Origin: an uncultured Candidatus Saccharibacteria bacterium
GTDB lineage: Bacteria; Patescibacteriota; Saccharimonadia; Saccharimonadales; Saccharimonadaceae
DNA length: 64,000 nt
Assembly (NCBI GenBank): GCA_963528915.1
Contig: CAURWV010000003.1
Coordinates: 24,269-88,268 of the forward strand
Direction: 5' to 3'
In this document: in pieces, positions 45,570 through 55,853 of the stretch
Layout of the letters: every line of letters starts with the position of its first letter
Position numbering within the stretch: position 1 is the first letter of the stretch
Program-made: the position numbers and the translations under genes
The notes under the pieces: generated by a model
Seen by the model: only the letters and a program-made list of their open reading frames with translations
The model's database searches: none
What the model was told of the DNA's origin: nothing

Positions 45570-45912
45570 TTGACAGTTTAATTGATAATTCTTGGTGCAA
45601 GTCACGTAATCTTCGCTCGTTCTGATCAATACGCTGGCGCTGGTTATTGACGATGTAGAATAGTAGAATAATTGCAGTAGTCTGTAGGATGTCAAATAAA
45701 CTGAGTTCAGATGAGTCGAGCGGCGGGTGGCCAATTGAAATGTTATACAACGGGAACGACCCGATCAGTACGATCATTAGGACGAGCCAGATGATTAATT
45801 GGTGACGAAAGCGTGCCGGGCTTACTTTACGTAGTTTGTATTGGGTGACGATGTTGATGAGCGCCGCGAGAATGATCGGCACGTTAAGCAGGACGAGTAC
45901 AAGATATCTCAT
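45553..45912 (-). CDS. small membrane protein, DUF2304-like
   Basis: 119 aa with three or four TM segments and a C-terminal amphipathic helix (ERRLRDLHQELSI). It sits between two GT2 genes, which is the usual DUF2304 context. Confidence 0.55.
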   Translation of the reverse strand: MRYLVLVLLNVPIILAALINIVTQYKLRKVSPARFRHQLIIWLVLMIVLIGSFPLYNISIGHPPLDSSELSLFDILQTTAIILLFYIVNNQRQRIDQNERRLRDLHQELSIKLSNEKYY

Positions 45913-46613
45913 TCGAATAACTCCGTTAAGCGTTGTTTGAACAGTCGTTTGACAATATTGATGGCGTTCCAGTTGTTTTGGCCTTTAGCGCGGGAGTAGT
46001 CAGTGTAAATTGCTTTGATCGGATACTCAGCGATAATCATTCCGGACTGCTTGGCACGCCAGATCATCTCTGAGCAAAACTCGTAGCCAGTTGATTTCCA
46101 GTCGAGGTTATCGATGGCTTTTCGCGAATAAACTCGCAAGCCAGACTGCGAATCAGTTACATCGATACCAAAGAGGACATAAGTGATGAAGCTGAGACCC
46201 TTATTGCCTAACACTTTGGTTTTAGACATGCCTTCACTGTTGATTAGTCGGCTGCCAATTAATAGATCAGTGTTAGAGGAGTCAATTTGCTTAATTCCTG
46301 CCAAAACATCCTCGGGGTCATGTTGGCCGTCAGCGTCCATGGTAGCAGCGATGTTGTAATCGTGTTGACGTACATAGGCCAGTCCTGTCAAGGTCGCACC
46401 GCCCGCCCCAGAGTTCAGAATGTGGTCAATCACGATAGCTCCGCCTTTTTTAGCTTGTTGCAGAGTGTTATCTTTTGAGCCGTCGTTTATCAAGACTATA
46501 TCAATTGAATATTCTTTTTTGGCTTTTGAAAAAACTCTCTTAGCGGCTTTAATGACGTCTTTGATGACGGCACCTTCATTGTAGGCGGGTATGATAACAC
46601 AAACTTTTTTCAT
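45909..46613 (-). CDS. GT2 glycosyltransferase (DPM1-like catalytic domain, no TM)
   Basis: VIIPAYNEG, INDGSKDNT and MDADGQHDP motifs. Confidence 0.85.
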   Translation of the reverse strand: MKKVCVIIPAYNEGAVIKDVIKAAKRVFSKAKKEYSIDIVLINDGSKDNTLQQAKKGGAIVIDHILNSGAGGATLTGLAYVRQHDYNIAATMDADGQHDPEDVLAGIKQIDSSNTDLLIGSRLINSEGMSKTKVLGNKGLSFITYVLFGIDVTDSQSGLRVYSRKAIDNLDWKSTGYEFCSEMIWRAKQSGMIIAEYPIKAIYTDYSRAKGQNNWNAINIVKRLFKQRLTELFE

Positions 46614-46624
46614 ATTACTGTATA

Positions 46625-47482
46625 TTATATCAATCTAGTAAAATAGTTGCTATATCCAGATTTTTTAAGTGGTTTTGCTAACGCACTCAACTCTTCATCA
46701 GAAATCCAGCCATTATTGAAAGCGGTTTTTTCCGGGCTGCCAATGATACGGCCAGTTCGTTTCTGGATGACACGGACAAAGTCTGAAGCGTCAGTCAGGC
46801 TGTCAATCGTCCCGGTATCCAGCCAAACATCACCATTGTCTAGCGTTTGAACTTGCAGTTTTCCGCGTCGCAAATATTCAGCATTGATGGCGGTAATCTC
46901 CAGCTCACCGCGATCAGATGGTTCAACATTTTTGGCAATTTCTACTACGTCATTGTCATAGAAATACAAACCAACGACGGCGAAGTGCGATTTTGGCTGA
47001 ACAGGTTTTTCCTCAATGGAAATAGCTTGATTTTGCTCATCAAATTCGACCACACCGTAGCGTTCTGGGTCGGAAACTTTGTAGGCAAAAACCGTGCCGC
47101 CATCAGGATTGGTGCACTCCTGTAAAGATTCGTCCAAACGCTCGCCGTAAAAGATGTTGTCACCAAGGACCAATGCTACTTTGTCATCGCCAATAAATTC
47201 TTCACCAATAATGAACGCCTGTGCCAAACCGTCTGGACTTGGTTGAACGGCATAATCCAGATTGATACCCCATTGTGATCCGTCGCCAAGCAGTCGTTGA
47301 AAACCAGCTTGGTCGTCAGGTGTGGTGATTATTAGAATATCGCGGATGCCTGCCTGCATGAGAGTGGTAAGCGGATAATAAATCATCGGCTTGTCGTAAA
47401 TTGGCATTAACTGCTTGCTTATCGCCTGGGTAATCGGCCAAAGCCGCGTACCAGATCCACCTGCTAGAATTATTCCTTTCAT
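46625..47482 (-). CDS. rfbA: glucose-1-phosphate thymidylyltransferase
   Basis: [38 protein letters not shown] is a near-canonical RmlA N-terminus. 285 aa. Confidence 0.95.
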   Translation of the reverse strand: MKGIILAGGSGTRLWPITQAISKQLMPIYDKPMIYYPLTTLMQAGIRDILIITTPDDQAGFQRLLGDGSQWGINLDYAVQPSPDGLAQAFIIGEEFIGDDKVALVLGDNIFYGERLDESLQECTNPDGGTVFAYKVSDPERYGVVEFDEQNQAISIEEKPVQPKSHFAVVGLYFYDNDVVEIAKNVEPSDRGELEITAINAEYLRRGKLQVQTLDNGDVWLDTGTIDSLTDASDFVRVIQKRTGRIIGSPEKTAFNNGWISDEELSALAKPLKKSGYSNYFTRLI

Positions 47483-47484
47483 GA

Positions 47485-48336
47485 TTACTCCTCAATTATA
47501 TATTCTTTTAATTCATCCAACCAATCGCGGCTAGAAAATCCGGTACTGTGCAATTTATCTAAACTCATGTCGCTATTGAGCGGCCGCGGCGCAATCCCAT
47601 CTTTGCCAGCAAAATACTCGGCTGTAGTGGTATCGGTGACGGTTAAATTGGTATAATCAGCAAATTCGAAAATTTTCCTAGCAATATCTGCCCAGCTGGC
47701 GAGTGGACCGTTATTAGTGACGTTATAAATACCATAATCGGCCTGTTGCGACAGCAGGTAGTCAATAGCGCGGGCAAGTTCGTTCGCGAAAGTTAGGCGG
47801 CCAACTTGATCGGCAACGACGGTCGGAGAGATACCGCGTTCGGCTAGATTAAGCATTGTCCTTACGAAGTTCTTACCTTCGCCTACTACCCAGCTAGTAC
47901 GGATAATATAATGTTTCGGTACAATGCATGCGGCGATATCGCCGGCAGCTTTTGATGCGCCGTACGCGCTGAGCGGACTGAGCGGTTCGTCTTCGGTGTG
48001 CGGTGCGGTTTGTCCATCGAAAATATAATCTGTAGAAATATACACCAGCGCGATATCGTGTTTAATGCAAATTTTAGCTAACTGTCCGACAGCTGTCGCA
48101 TTAACTCGCCAAGCAGCTTTGCGGCCATCTGCGCTTTCTGCGCCGTCAACATTAGTAAAGGCAGCGGCGTTGATAATCACTTTAGTGTGGCTCCAATCAA
48201 AATCATTGACTGCTTTTTGGTCGGTGATATCAAGCTGCTGGTGATCCAGGGCAACCGCTCCTGGATACTGTTTTTGCAGCGCCAAGCCCAATTGACCGTT
48301 AGCACCAATAATGAAAATTTCGCTATCCTTCATCAA
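47485..48336 (-). CDS. rfbD: dTDP-4-dehydrorhamnose reductase (RmlD paralogue 2, in the rml operon)
   Basis: [30 protein letters not shown]. Located between rmlA and rmlC. Confidence 0.9.
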   Translation of the reverse strand: MMKDSEIFIIGANGQLGLALQKQYPGAVALDHQQLDITDQKAVNDFDWSHTKVIINAAAFTNVDGAESADGRKAAWRVNATAVGQLAKICIKHDIALVYISTDYIFDGQTAPHTEDEPLSPLSAYGASKAAGDIAACIVPKHYIIRTSWVVGEGKNFVRTMLNLAERGISPTVVADQVGRLTFANELARAIDYLLSQQADYGIYNVTNNGPLASWADIARKIFEFADYTNLTVTDTTTAEYFAGKDGIAPRPLNSDMSLDKLHSTGFSSRDWLDELKEYIIEE

Positions 48337-48899
48337 ACCTCCATCGGGATTACGTTTGCAAGCAGCGGGTGAGCGGCGTCTTTTTCGGAAATTATCGCTT
48401 GCTCTTTGCTAATCGGCCAGTCGATACCGAGCGCTGGATCAAACAGATTGACAAAGGTGTATTTGGCGTCTGGCGACCAGTACGCGTCGACCAGGTAGGT
48501 ATAGACAATGTTGTCGTCAAGCGCTTGATATCCATTGGCAACACCTTTAGGCACGAAAATTGCTGTGCCAGGATTGATTTCGTGGGTGAAAACTTGGCCG
48601 AAGCTGTCGCCTTTGCGCAGATCGCACCAGGCGCCGAATACGCGGCCGTTGGCGGTGGAGATGAACTTATTCCACGGCTCGGCGTGCAGACCGCGAGTGG
48701 CGCCGGCTTTATCATTAAAGCTGATGTTGTTTTGTACGATGTTAAATGACGGCAAGCCCAGTGCTTCCATTTTTTCTTTTTGGTAGTTTTCTTTGAACCA
48801 GCCGCGGTTGTCGCCGTGGACGGGTAGTTTGACGACGAATAGTCCGGGGATGGGCGATTCGGTGACGGTTAGTTCGTTGTAGTCGTTTGGATCAAACAT
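48333..48899 (-). CDS. rfbC: dTDP-4-dehydrorhamnose 3,5-epimerase
   Basis: Preferred ATG is 48899 (MFDPNDY...), 3 nt after the rmlB stop. GDNRGWFKENYQ and RGLHAEPWNKF cupin motifs. The track's 27-codon extension overlaps rmlB. Confidence 0.88.
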   Translation of the reverse strand: MFDPNDYNELTVTESPIPGLFVVKLPVHGDNRGWFKENYQKEKMEALGLPSFNIVQNNISFNDKAGATRGLHAEPWNKFISTANGRVFGAWCDLRKGDSFGQVFTHEINPGTAIFVPKGVANGYQALDDNIVYTYLVDAYWSPDAKYTFVNLFDPALGIDWPISKEQAIISEKDAAHPLLANVIPMEV

Positions 48900-48901
48900 A
48901 A

Positions 48902-50393
<1,492 letters not shown>

Positions 50394-50405
50394 GCTTTGC
50401 TAAGC

Positions 50406-50441
50406 AAAAAGCCGCAGCGTTTGAGTGTTGTGGCTTATTAA
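50406..50441. terminator. candidate bidirectional terminator between convergent genes
   Basis: AAAAAGCCGCA (to 50416), an 11-nt loop, TGTGGCTT (50428-50435), then ATTAATTTT. An 8-bp stem with one G-U pair, an A-tract upstream and a T-rich tract downstream. Confidence 0.45.
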
Positions 50442-50443
50442 TT

Positions 50444-51463
50444 TTACAGATTATTGTAGCCGTCTGGATTTTGCGACTGCCAGCGCCAGCTGTCGGCGCA
50501 AGCTTGTTCGATACTGAGTTCGGCTTTCCAATCAAGTTCGCGTTCGGCTTTGCTACAATCAGCATAGCAGGCGGCGATATCGCCAGCGCGGCGCGGTTTG
50601 ATCTCGTATGGCAAATCACGTCCGCAGGCCTTGCCGAAGGCCTTGATGATTTCAAGTACCGAAACACCGTGTCCGGTACCAAGATTATAAACGCTGGCGC
50701 CAGTTTGCATGTGCCGCAAGGCAGCTACGTGCCCGCGTGCTAGATCAACGACGTGGATGTAATCGCGCACGCCAGTGCCGTCTGGTGTATCGTAGTCGTT
50801 TCCAAAAACGCCGACACTTTGCAATTTGCCAACCGCTACTTGCGCCACGTAAGGCAGAAGGTTGTTCGGGATACCATTCGGGTCTTCGCCAATACGGCCC
50901 GATGCGTGAGAGCCTATTGGATTGAAATAGCGCAAGATTGTCGCTTGAAAAGTCGGGTCGGCGGTGCAATAATCTTGCAGAATCTGCTCAATCATGTATT
51001 TGGTTCTGCCGTATGGATTAGTCAAACCAATACCGACTGTTGATGTCTCGCGCAGCGGCAGCTCACTTGGCGTGCCATAAACGGTGGCGGAGCTCGAAAA
51101 GACTAATTGTTTGACGTTGTGATTGCGCATCGTTTCGAGCAGTACTAGAGTTGAAGTAAGATTATTATCGTAATATTCCAAAGGCTTGGCAACCGATTCG
51201 CCGACCGCTTTGAGTCCGGCGAAATGAATCACCGCATCGATCTCATGTGTTGTAAAAATCTCATCAAGAGATTTCTGATTGCGTACGTCGGCTTCAAAAA
51301 ACGGTGTTTTTACACCAGTGATTTCCTCGACGCGCTTCAGGCTTTCGCGGCTAGAATTAACCAAATTATCGACGACCACTACGTCAAAATTGTTGTTGAT
51401 AAGTTCGATTAGCGTATGGCTGCCAATATAGCCAGCACCGCCAGTGACTAAAATTGTTTTCAT
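50444..51463 (-). CDS. galE: UDP-glucose 4-epimerase
   Basis: VTGGAGYIGSH, YGRTKYMIE (Y-x3-K), and the RDYIHVVDLA motif. 339 aa. Confidence 0.92.
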   Translation of the reverse strand: MKTILVTGGAGYIGSHTLIELINNNFDVVVVDNLVNSSRESLKRVEEITGVKTPFFEADVRNQKSLDEIFTTHEIDAVIHFAGLKAVGESVAKPLEYYDNNLTSTLVLLETMRNHNVKQLVFSSSATVYGTPSELPLRETSTVGIGLTNPYGRTKYMIEQILQDYCTADPTFQATILRYFNPIGSHASGRIGEDPNGIPNNLLPYVAQVAVGKLQSVGVFGNDYDTPDGTGVRDYIHVVDLARGHVAALRHMQTGASVYNLGTGHGVSVLEIIKAFGKACGRDLPYEIKPRRAGDIAACYADCSKAERELDWKAELSIEQACADSWRWQSQNPDGYNNL

Positions 51464-51496
51464 AGTTCTAGTATACTCGAAAAAGCGAATAGTTGC

Positions 51497-52618
51497 TTAA
51501 GGAGTGTTGTCGCGGACAATCTTCTTAATCTTCGTCAAGAAGAGTCCTTTATCAAACCTTTTAGCAGTGCGAGCGAGCGTGCTAGGATGAAACAGAGTTT
51601 GTTCAGCAGTTTTGATGGCGCGAACAACGTCATCAACAGTTTGCTGTTGAAATAGTACACCGACCTCCGGCGAGGTAACGATATCGGTAGTACCGCCGCG
51701 AGCTAGTCCGATGACAGGGGTGCCGGCAGCCAGCGCTTCGACAGTGACAATCCCGAAATCTTCATCGGCAGCGTAAATAAAACCGCGAGCAGTGGTGATC
51801 GCTTTTTCGTATTCGGCATCTGAGGCATCGCCGAAGCGGTCCGTGCGAAACTCAATGGTCGGGCCGGCCGCTTTAACTAGTTGTTCATGGGCTGGACCGT
51901 TGCCAAAAACTACTAATTTTTTGCCAAGCTTAGTGGTGGCCTTGACGGCTAGATCGTAACGCTTGTATGGCAGTTGGCGGCCGATCGTTACGTAATGGTC
52001 GCCTCGTTTGCGGGCGGGCGTAAAGCGGCTGGTATCTACCGGCGGGTGAATGACGGTACTGCTGCGTTTGTAGTATTTCTTGATGCGTTTTTGCGTTTCG
52101 GTAGAGTTAGCAATAAACACGTCGACTTGCTTAGCTGCCTCCAAATCAAGTTTGCGTTGATGCGGTACCAATAGCGGCATCAGCAAGCGAATAAGCGGAT
52201 TAAGCTTGCCGTAACCCGGGTCACGGCGATATTCGTCGTAGTGGCTCCAATAGTAGCGCGGCGGCGTATGGCAATAGTTGATAATAACTTGGTCGGGGCG
52301 CGATTTGGTAACCTGATGCCCATGTAGATACGAGCTTGTCAGGATAATATCAAATTCGCTGAGGTCGAGTTGGCGCATCGCTTTGACAGCTAAGGTTGGG
52401 AATAGTTTGTGATAGTTGCGCAGCTTTTGCGGCAATTTTTGCAACCTCGACGTGCGTACGTCAAGCTGAGCGAAAGCTGGCACTTTGTTGGGGTTATAAA
52501 TAGCAGTGTAAATTGGTGCCTCGGGAAAAGCTTCGTGCATCGCTAAGACGACATTCTCGGCGCCGCCCGTGGCTGCTAAAAAATCGCAAACAATTGCAAG
52601 ACGCGGCTGCTTCATCAT
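51497..52618 (-). CDS. glycosyltransferase family 4 (GT-B)
   Basis: EDFGIVTVEALAAGTPVIGLARGGTTDIV E-x7-E region. Overlaps the upstream gene by 4 nt. Confidence 0.85.
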   Translation of the reverse strand: MMKQPRLAIVCDFLAATGGAENVVLAMHEAFPEAPIYTAIYNPNKVPAFAQLDVRTSRLQKLPQKLRNYHKLFPTLAVKAMRQLDLSEFDIILTSSYLHGHQVTKSRPDQVIINYCHTPPRYYWSHYDEYRRDPGYGKLNPLIRLLMPLLVPHQRKLDLEAAKQVDVFIANSTETQKRIKKYYKRSSTVIHPPVDTSRFTPARKRGDHYVTIGRQLPYKRYDLAVKATTKLGKKLVVFGNGPAHEQLVKAAGPTIEFRTDRFGDASDAEYEKAITTARGFIYAADEDFGIVTVEALAAGTPVIGLARGGTTDIVTSPEVGVLFQQQTVDDVVRAIKTAEQTLFHPSTLARTAKRFDKGLFLTKIKKIVRDNTP

Positions 52619-54051
52619 CTAGCTCCTGTTTTGCGCAGTACGACACCGATTGTTTTGAAAAGAATCCGCAAATCTAACCAAAAACTCCAGTTTTGCGCGT
52701 AGTAAAGTTCAAGTTCTATACGTTCTTCGAAACTTAAGTTGCTGCGGCCTGACACTTGCCACAAACCAGTAACGCCAGACTTGACGCTGTGCAGCAGAGC
52801 AGTGCGGCTTTTGCTGAATTTAACTTCTTGCGGCAGGATTGGCCGCGGTCCGACCAAACTTAAATCACCTAGCAGTACATTGATAAATTGCGGAAATTCA
52901 TCGAGCGAGGTGTCGCGCAAAAACTTGCCAAACCAAGTGATGCGCGGGTCACTCTCGACCTTGTGGTCGCGGCGATATTCGGCGGCGAGGTCGGGCCGAC
53001 CCATTTCTTCAAACTCAATGCTAGCGTCTTTTTTGCCGTATTGGGCGCCCATGGTGCGAAACTTATATAGGCGAATCGGTTTTGAGAAGCGGCTCAAGCG
53101 CTTAGAGCGGTAAAATATTGGTCCTGGATTGCAGATTTTCTGTAAAATAGCGATTATCGTTACCACCAATCCCCACAGTGGCAAAGTAATAACAACAGCT
53201 AGCAAATCAAACAACCGCTTAGCAATGGCACCCCAGCCGATAAGCGGCGTTTGGCTTACGGTAATCATCGGGTAACCCAAGAAAACATCGACAGTGTTTT
53301 TGCCAGTGTAGAATTCTGGTTCGCCCGGAATGAAATTATACTGAATATGAGCGATCTGTGCAGCGCTTAAAATTTGATGGTTGCGATCTTCGCTAGCGTA
53401 AAGGTCGGTTTGAATAATGGTGCTGACGTTGAGTTTGTTGATATCCTTGAGCGCCGACTCAACGCGACCGTAATGAACAATACCGAGATGCGGTGGCAAT
53501 AATTTCGCTGGGCCAGCAAAAGCCACGATTTGGTAACCGGATTTGTGGGTAGAGCCTAACGACATGGCAATATCAGTAGTTGCGTCGGAATTGCCAATCA
53601 CTAATACTCGACTAACGCCGTGTCCATAGCGGTATAGTTCGTTGCGGACAGTACGGATAATCTCGCGTACCGTAATTATAGCGATGGTCGAACCAACCAA
53701 AACGTAGAGCGCCACCAGTCTAGCTGGGAAAATGTGTGTGCTTGTAAAATACTCCCAGCCGATTACTAGTAGTATACCAATAAATGTACCAAGTGCTACG
53801 CGGCTCCATTCAACTAGCCGGCGATTATAAACGCCCGGATTGTATAATCCGAGCGAAGCAAAAATCAATATCCAAACAGGCGCAATTGCCGCAAAGCTGA
53901 TAATGTATCCGTATACGTAAACTGCATGTAAGAGAACGCGCTGATCGACTTGGGTGCGAATATAATACGCCGCTGCGAAAACGATCGCTAGCATTACCGC
54001 ATCAGCCATCATCAGAATGAGACTATATGATTTGGTATTATGGGATGGCAT
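52615..54051 (-). CDS. polyprenyl-phosphate sugar-1-phosphate transferase (WbaP/CpsE-type bacterial sugar transferase)
   Basis: Five N-terminal TMs and a central Rossmann-like region. The C-terminal catalytic domain has KRLFDLL, RLYKFRTM, DEFPQFINVLLGDLSLVGPRP and SGVTGLWQVSGRS. Confidence 0.9.
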   Translation of the reverse strand: MPSHNTKSYSLILMMADAVMLAIVFAAAYYIRTQVDQRVLLHAVYVYGYIISFAAIAPVWILIFASLGLYNPGVYNRRLVEWSRVALGTFIGILLVIGWEYFTSTHIFPARLVALYVLVGSTIAIITVREIIRTVRNELYRYGHGVSRVLVIGNSDATTDIAMSLGSTHKSGYQIVAFAGPAKLLPPHLGIVHYGRVESALKDINKLNVSTIIQTDLYASEDRNHQILSAAQIAHIQYNFIPGEPEFYTGKNTVDVFLGYPMITVSQTPLIGWGAIAKRLFDLLAVVITLPLWGLVVTIIAILQKICNPGPIFYRSKRLSRFSKPIRLYKFRTMGAQYGKKDASIEFEEMGRPDLAAEYRRDHKVESDPRITWFGKFLRDTSLDEFPQFINVLLGDLSLVGPRPILPQEVKFSKSRTALLHSVKSGVTGLWQVSGRSNLSFEERIELELYYAQNWSFWLDLRILFKTIGVVLRKTGAR

Positions 54052-54081
54052 ATTACTACCATTATATCAACTTTCGTTATA

Positions 54082-55422
54082 ATGGATAGCATGAGCGGTC
54101 TTTTTGCTGAGAGAATAGAGCGGCGGTTGACGCAAACGGCGTTGATTTTGCTGTGTGCGATTATGCTAGGTTTAGCAATTCATACTCCGATGACAGTGTT
54201 TGCTAGCGTTCATTGGCCGGCGATTGCTTTGTATGTGAAGGCTTGGAAAGAAGTATTGCTGGCAATTGCGTTTATCATTGTCATAATATTGGGTTGGCAG
54301 CGCCGCGCGTGGCGAAACTGGCTGTATAATAGATTGCTATGGCTATTGGCTGTTTATGCATTGTGGAATTTGGTTCTAGCGGGGACTTTGCTGGTTGCTG
54401 GTAACTCAGCAGCAACAGTAATTGCTGGGTTAGTAATAGATCTACGTTGGGGGTTAATGGCAGCGACGATGTATGGTTTTATTTACTTATATCCTCGCTA
54501 TCGGCAGATTTTATTGAAATGCATTTTGGCAATATCGGTATTGATTATCAGTTTTGCTTGTTTGCAATTAGTTTTACCGCGGGATTTCTTAACAAATTTT
54601 GGCTATAGCCAGTCAACAATTGCACCGTATATGACAGTTGATTCAAATGATTCTTATATACGTTTCGGTAGTACGCTGCGTGGACCGAACCCGCTAGGGG
54701 CGTATGCGCTTTGCGGATTAGTACTGACAGCGACATTCTTGGTGACAAAATGGCGCAGCTCTAAGCTACGCTTATACGGAGTTTTGGCGGTGTTTGGTTT
54801 TGGTGTAGCTCTTTATATTAGCTATTCGCGAGCAGCAATTCTAGGAACTCTAGCAGCGCTAACTGGTCTTTTTGTCTATAAGTATGGCCTAAGGTTGTCT
54901 AAGAAAATTTGGTTAGCAATTGCGGCGGGCGTTTTAATTGCGATGGCAGGTAGCGTCTATCTGCTGCGTAATACTAGCTTTATGCACAATGTGATTTTAC
55001 ATGATAATCCTGCTACAGGAGCCGTTAGAACTTCAAATGACGACCATATTTTGTCGCTGCGTGATGGAATTGTCAGAGCGGCACAACAACCATTTGGTGC
55101 TGGTGTTGGTAGCACTGGATCGGCGTCGTTGCTAGGAGACTCGGGAGTGATTATCGAAAACCAGTATTTATTTGTGGCCCACGAAGCGGGCTGGCTAGGT
55201 CTTGCTATCTATCTGGCAGTGTTGGTCGCCGTATTGCGGCGGTTGTGGCGGCGGCGGGATGACTGGCTAGCGCTTGGCGTGTTTTTGTCTGGTATTGGCC
55301 TGAGTATCGTCGGTTTGTTTTTGCCAGTATTTGCTGATGATGTAGTGGCGCTGGTTTGGTGGGGTTTATCAGCGCTAATAATTGCGCGACCATTTGACCA
55401 AAGGCCGACTGATTCGCTATAG
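54082..55422 (+). CDS. Wzy_C/O-antigen-ligase-family polytopic membrane protein (polymerase, ligase or O-oligosaccharyltransferase-like)
   Basis: About 11 TM helices with a large loop (RNTSFMHNVILHDNPATGAVRTSNDDHILSLRDGIV...) and a YSRAAILGT motif region. Start uncertain (ATG 54082 or 54091). The track start at 54040 overlaps the divergent gene. TATAAT at 54078-54083. Confidence 0.65.
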   Translation: MDSMSGLFAERIERRLTQTALILLCAIMLGLAIHTPMTVFASVHWPAIALYVKAWKEVLLAIAFIIVIILGWQRRAWRNWLYNRLLWLLAVYALWNLVLAGTLLVAGNSAATVIAGLVIDLRWGLMAATMYGFIYLYPRYRQILLKCILAISVLIISFACLQLVLPRDFLTNFGYSQSTIAPYMTVDSNDSYIRFGSTLRGPNPLGAYALCGLVLTATFLVTKWRSSKLRLYGVLAVFGFGVALYISYSRAAILGTLAALTGLFVYKYGLRLSKKIWLAIAAGVLIAMAGSVYLLRNTSFMHNVILHDNPATGAVRTSNDDHILSLRDGIVRAAQQPFGAGVGSTGSASLLGDSGVIIENQYLFVAHEAGWLGLAIYLAVLVAVLRRLWRRRDDWLALGVFLSGIGLSIVGLFLPVFADDVVALVWWGLSALIIARPFDQRPTDSL

Positions 55423-55853
55423 TGAAGGTTATGGTAGCACGAGCGCAATCGCCAAAGCGGGCGATTAACCCGACCAAGAAGCAGCACGAGCTCCTACTAT
55501 TCATTGATGACTTTATTAAGAAAAATAACTATGGGCCGAGTTATCGCGAAGTTATGCGGGCGCTTGATTACAAAAGCGTTTCAACAGTAGCGGTGCATAT
55601 TGATAATTTGATTGCTCGCGGCCATTTGCGCAAGCGCGATAATTCTGCGCGGTCGCTTGAAATAATAGATACAGTCGCAATGCCGAAGCTTGCATCTAGC
55701 GCCTCAGAATCGACGACTGAACGCGATATTCGTGCTAAGATATCTTACTTACAAAAGCTTGATAATGGTAAAGCACACCAAGATATTCAAACACTTCAAA
55801 CAGCGTTGCAAATTCTTGGTTACGAGGAGCCAGATGAGACGGATAGCGCGTAA
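55422..55853 (+). CDS. LexA-type winged-helix DNA-binding domain protein lacking the S24 peptidase domain
   Basis: TKKQHELLLFIDDFIKKNNYGPSYREVMRALDYKSVSTVAVHIDNLIARGHLRKRDNSARSLEI matches the LexA N-terminal domain pattern. The remaining ~60 aa are helical, with no Ser/Lys dyad region. The GTG start overlaps the upstream TAG by 1 nt (alternative ATG at 55431). Confidence 0.7.
   Translation: MKVMVARAQSPKRAINPTKKQHELLLFIDDFIKKNNYGPSYREVMRALDYKSVSTVAVHIDNLIARGHLRKRDNSARSLEIIDTVAMPKLASSASESTTERDIRAKISYLQKLDNGKAHQDIQTLQTALQILGYEEPDETDSA

Noticed and set aside
45570-45734. 5' extensions of minus-strand ORFs that overlap upstream genes: 44748-45734, and likewise 48900-48980 (rmlC) and 24827-24937 (GtrA-like)
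   Set aside because: In each case an internal ATG starts the conserved family N-terminus and abuts, or only minimally overlaps, the upstream gene's stop. The extensions are low-complexity and overlap conserved CDSs.
55690-55833. N-terminal 48-codon extension of the beta-lactamase-fold protein (track start 55690)
   Set aside because: It overlaps 164 nt of the LexA-DBD gene in another frame. ATG 55834 has a GAGGAG RBS and gives a typical basic-tail-plus-TM N-terminus.
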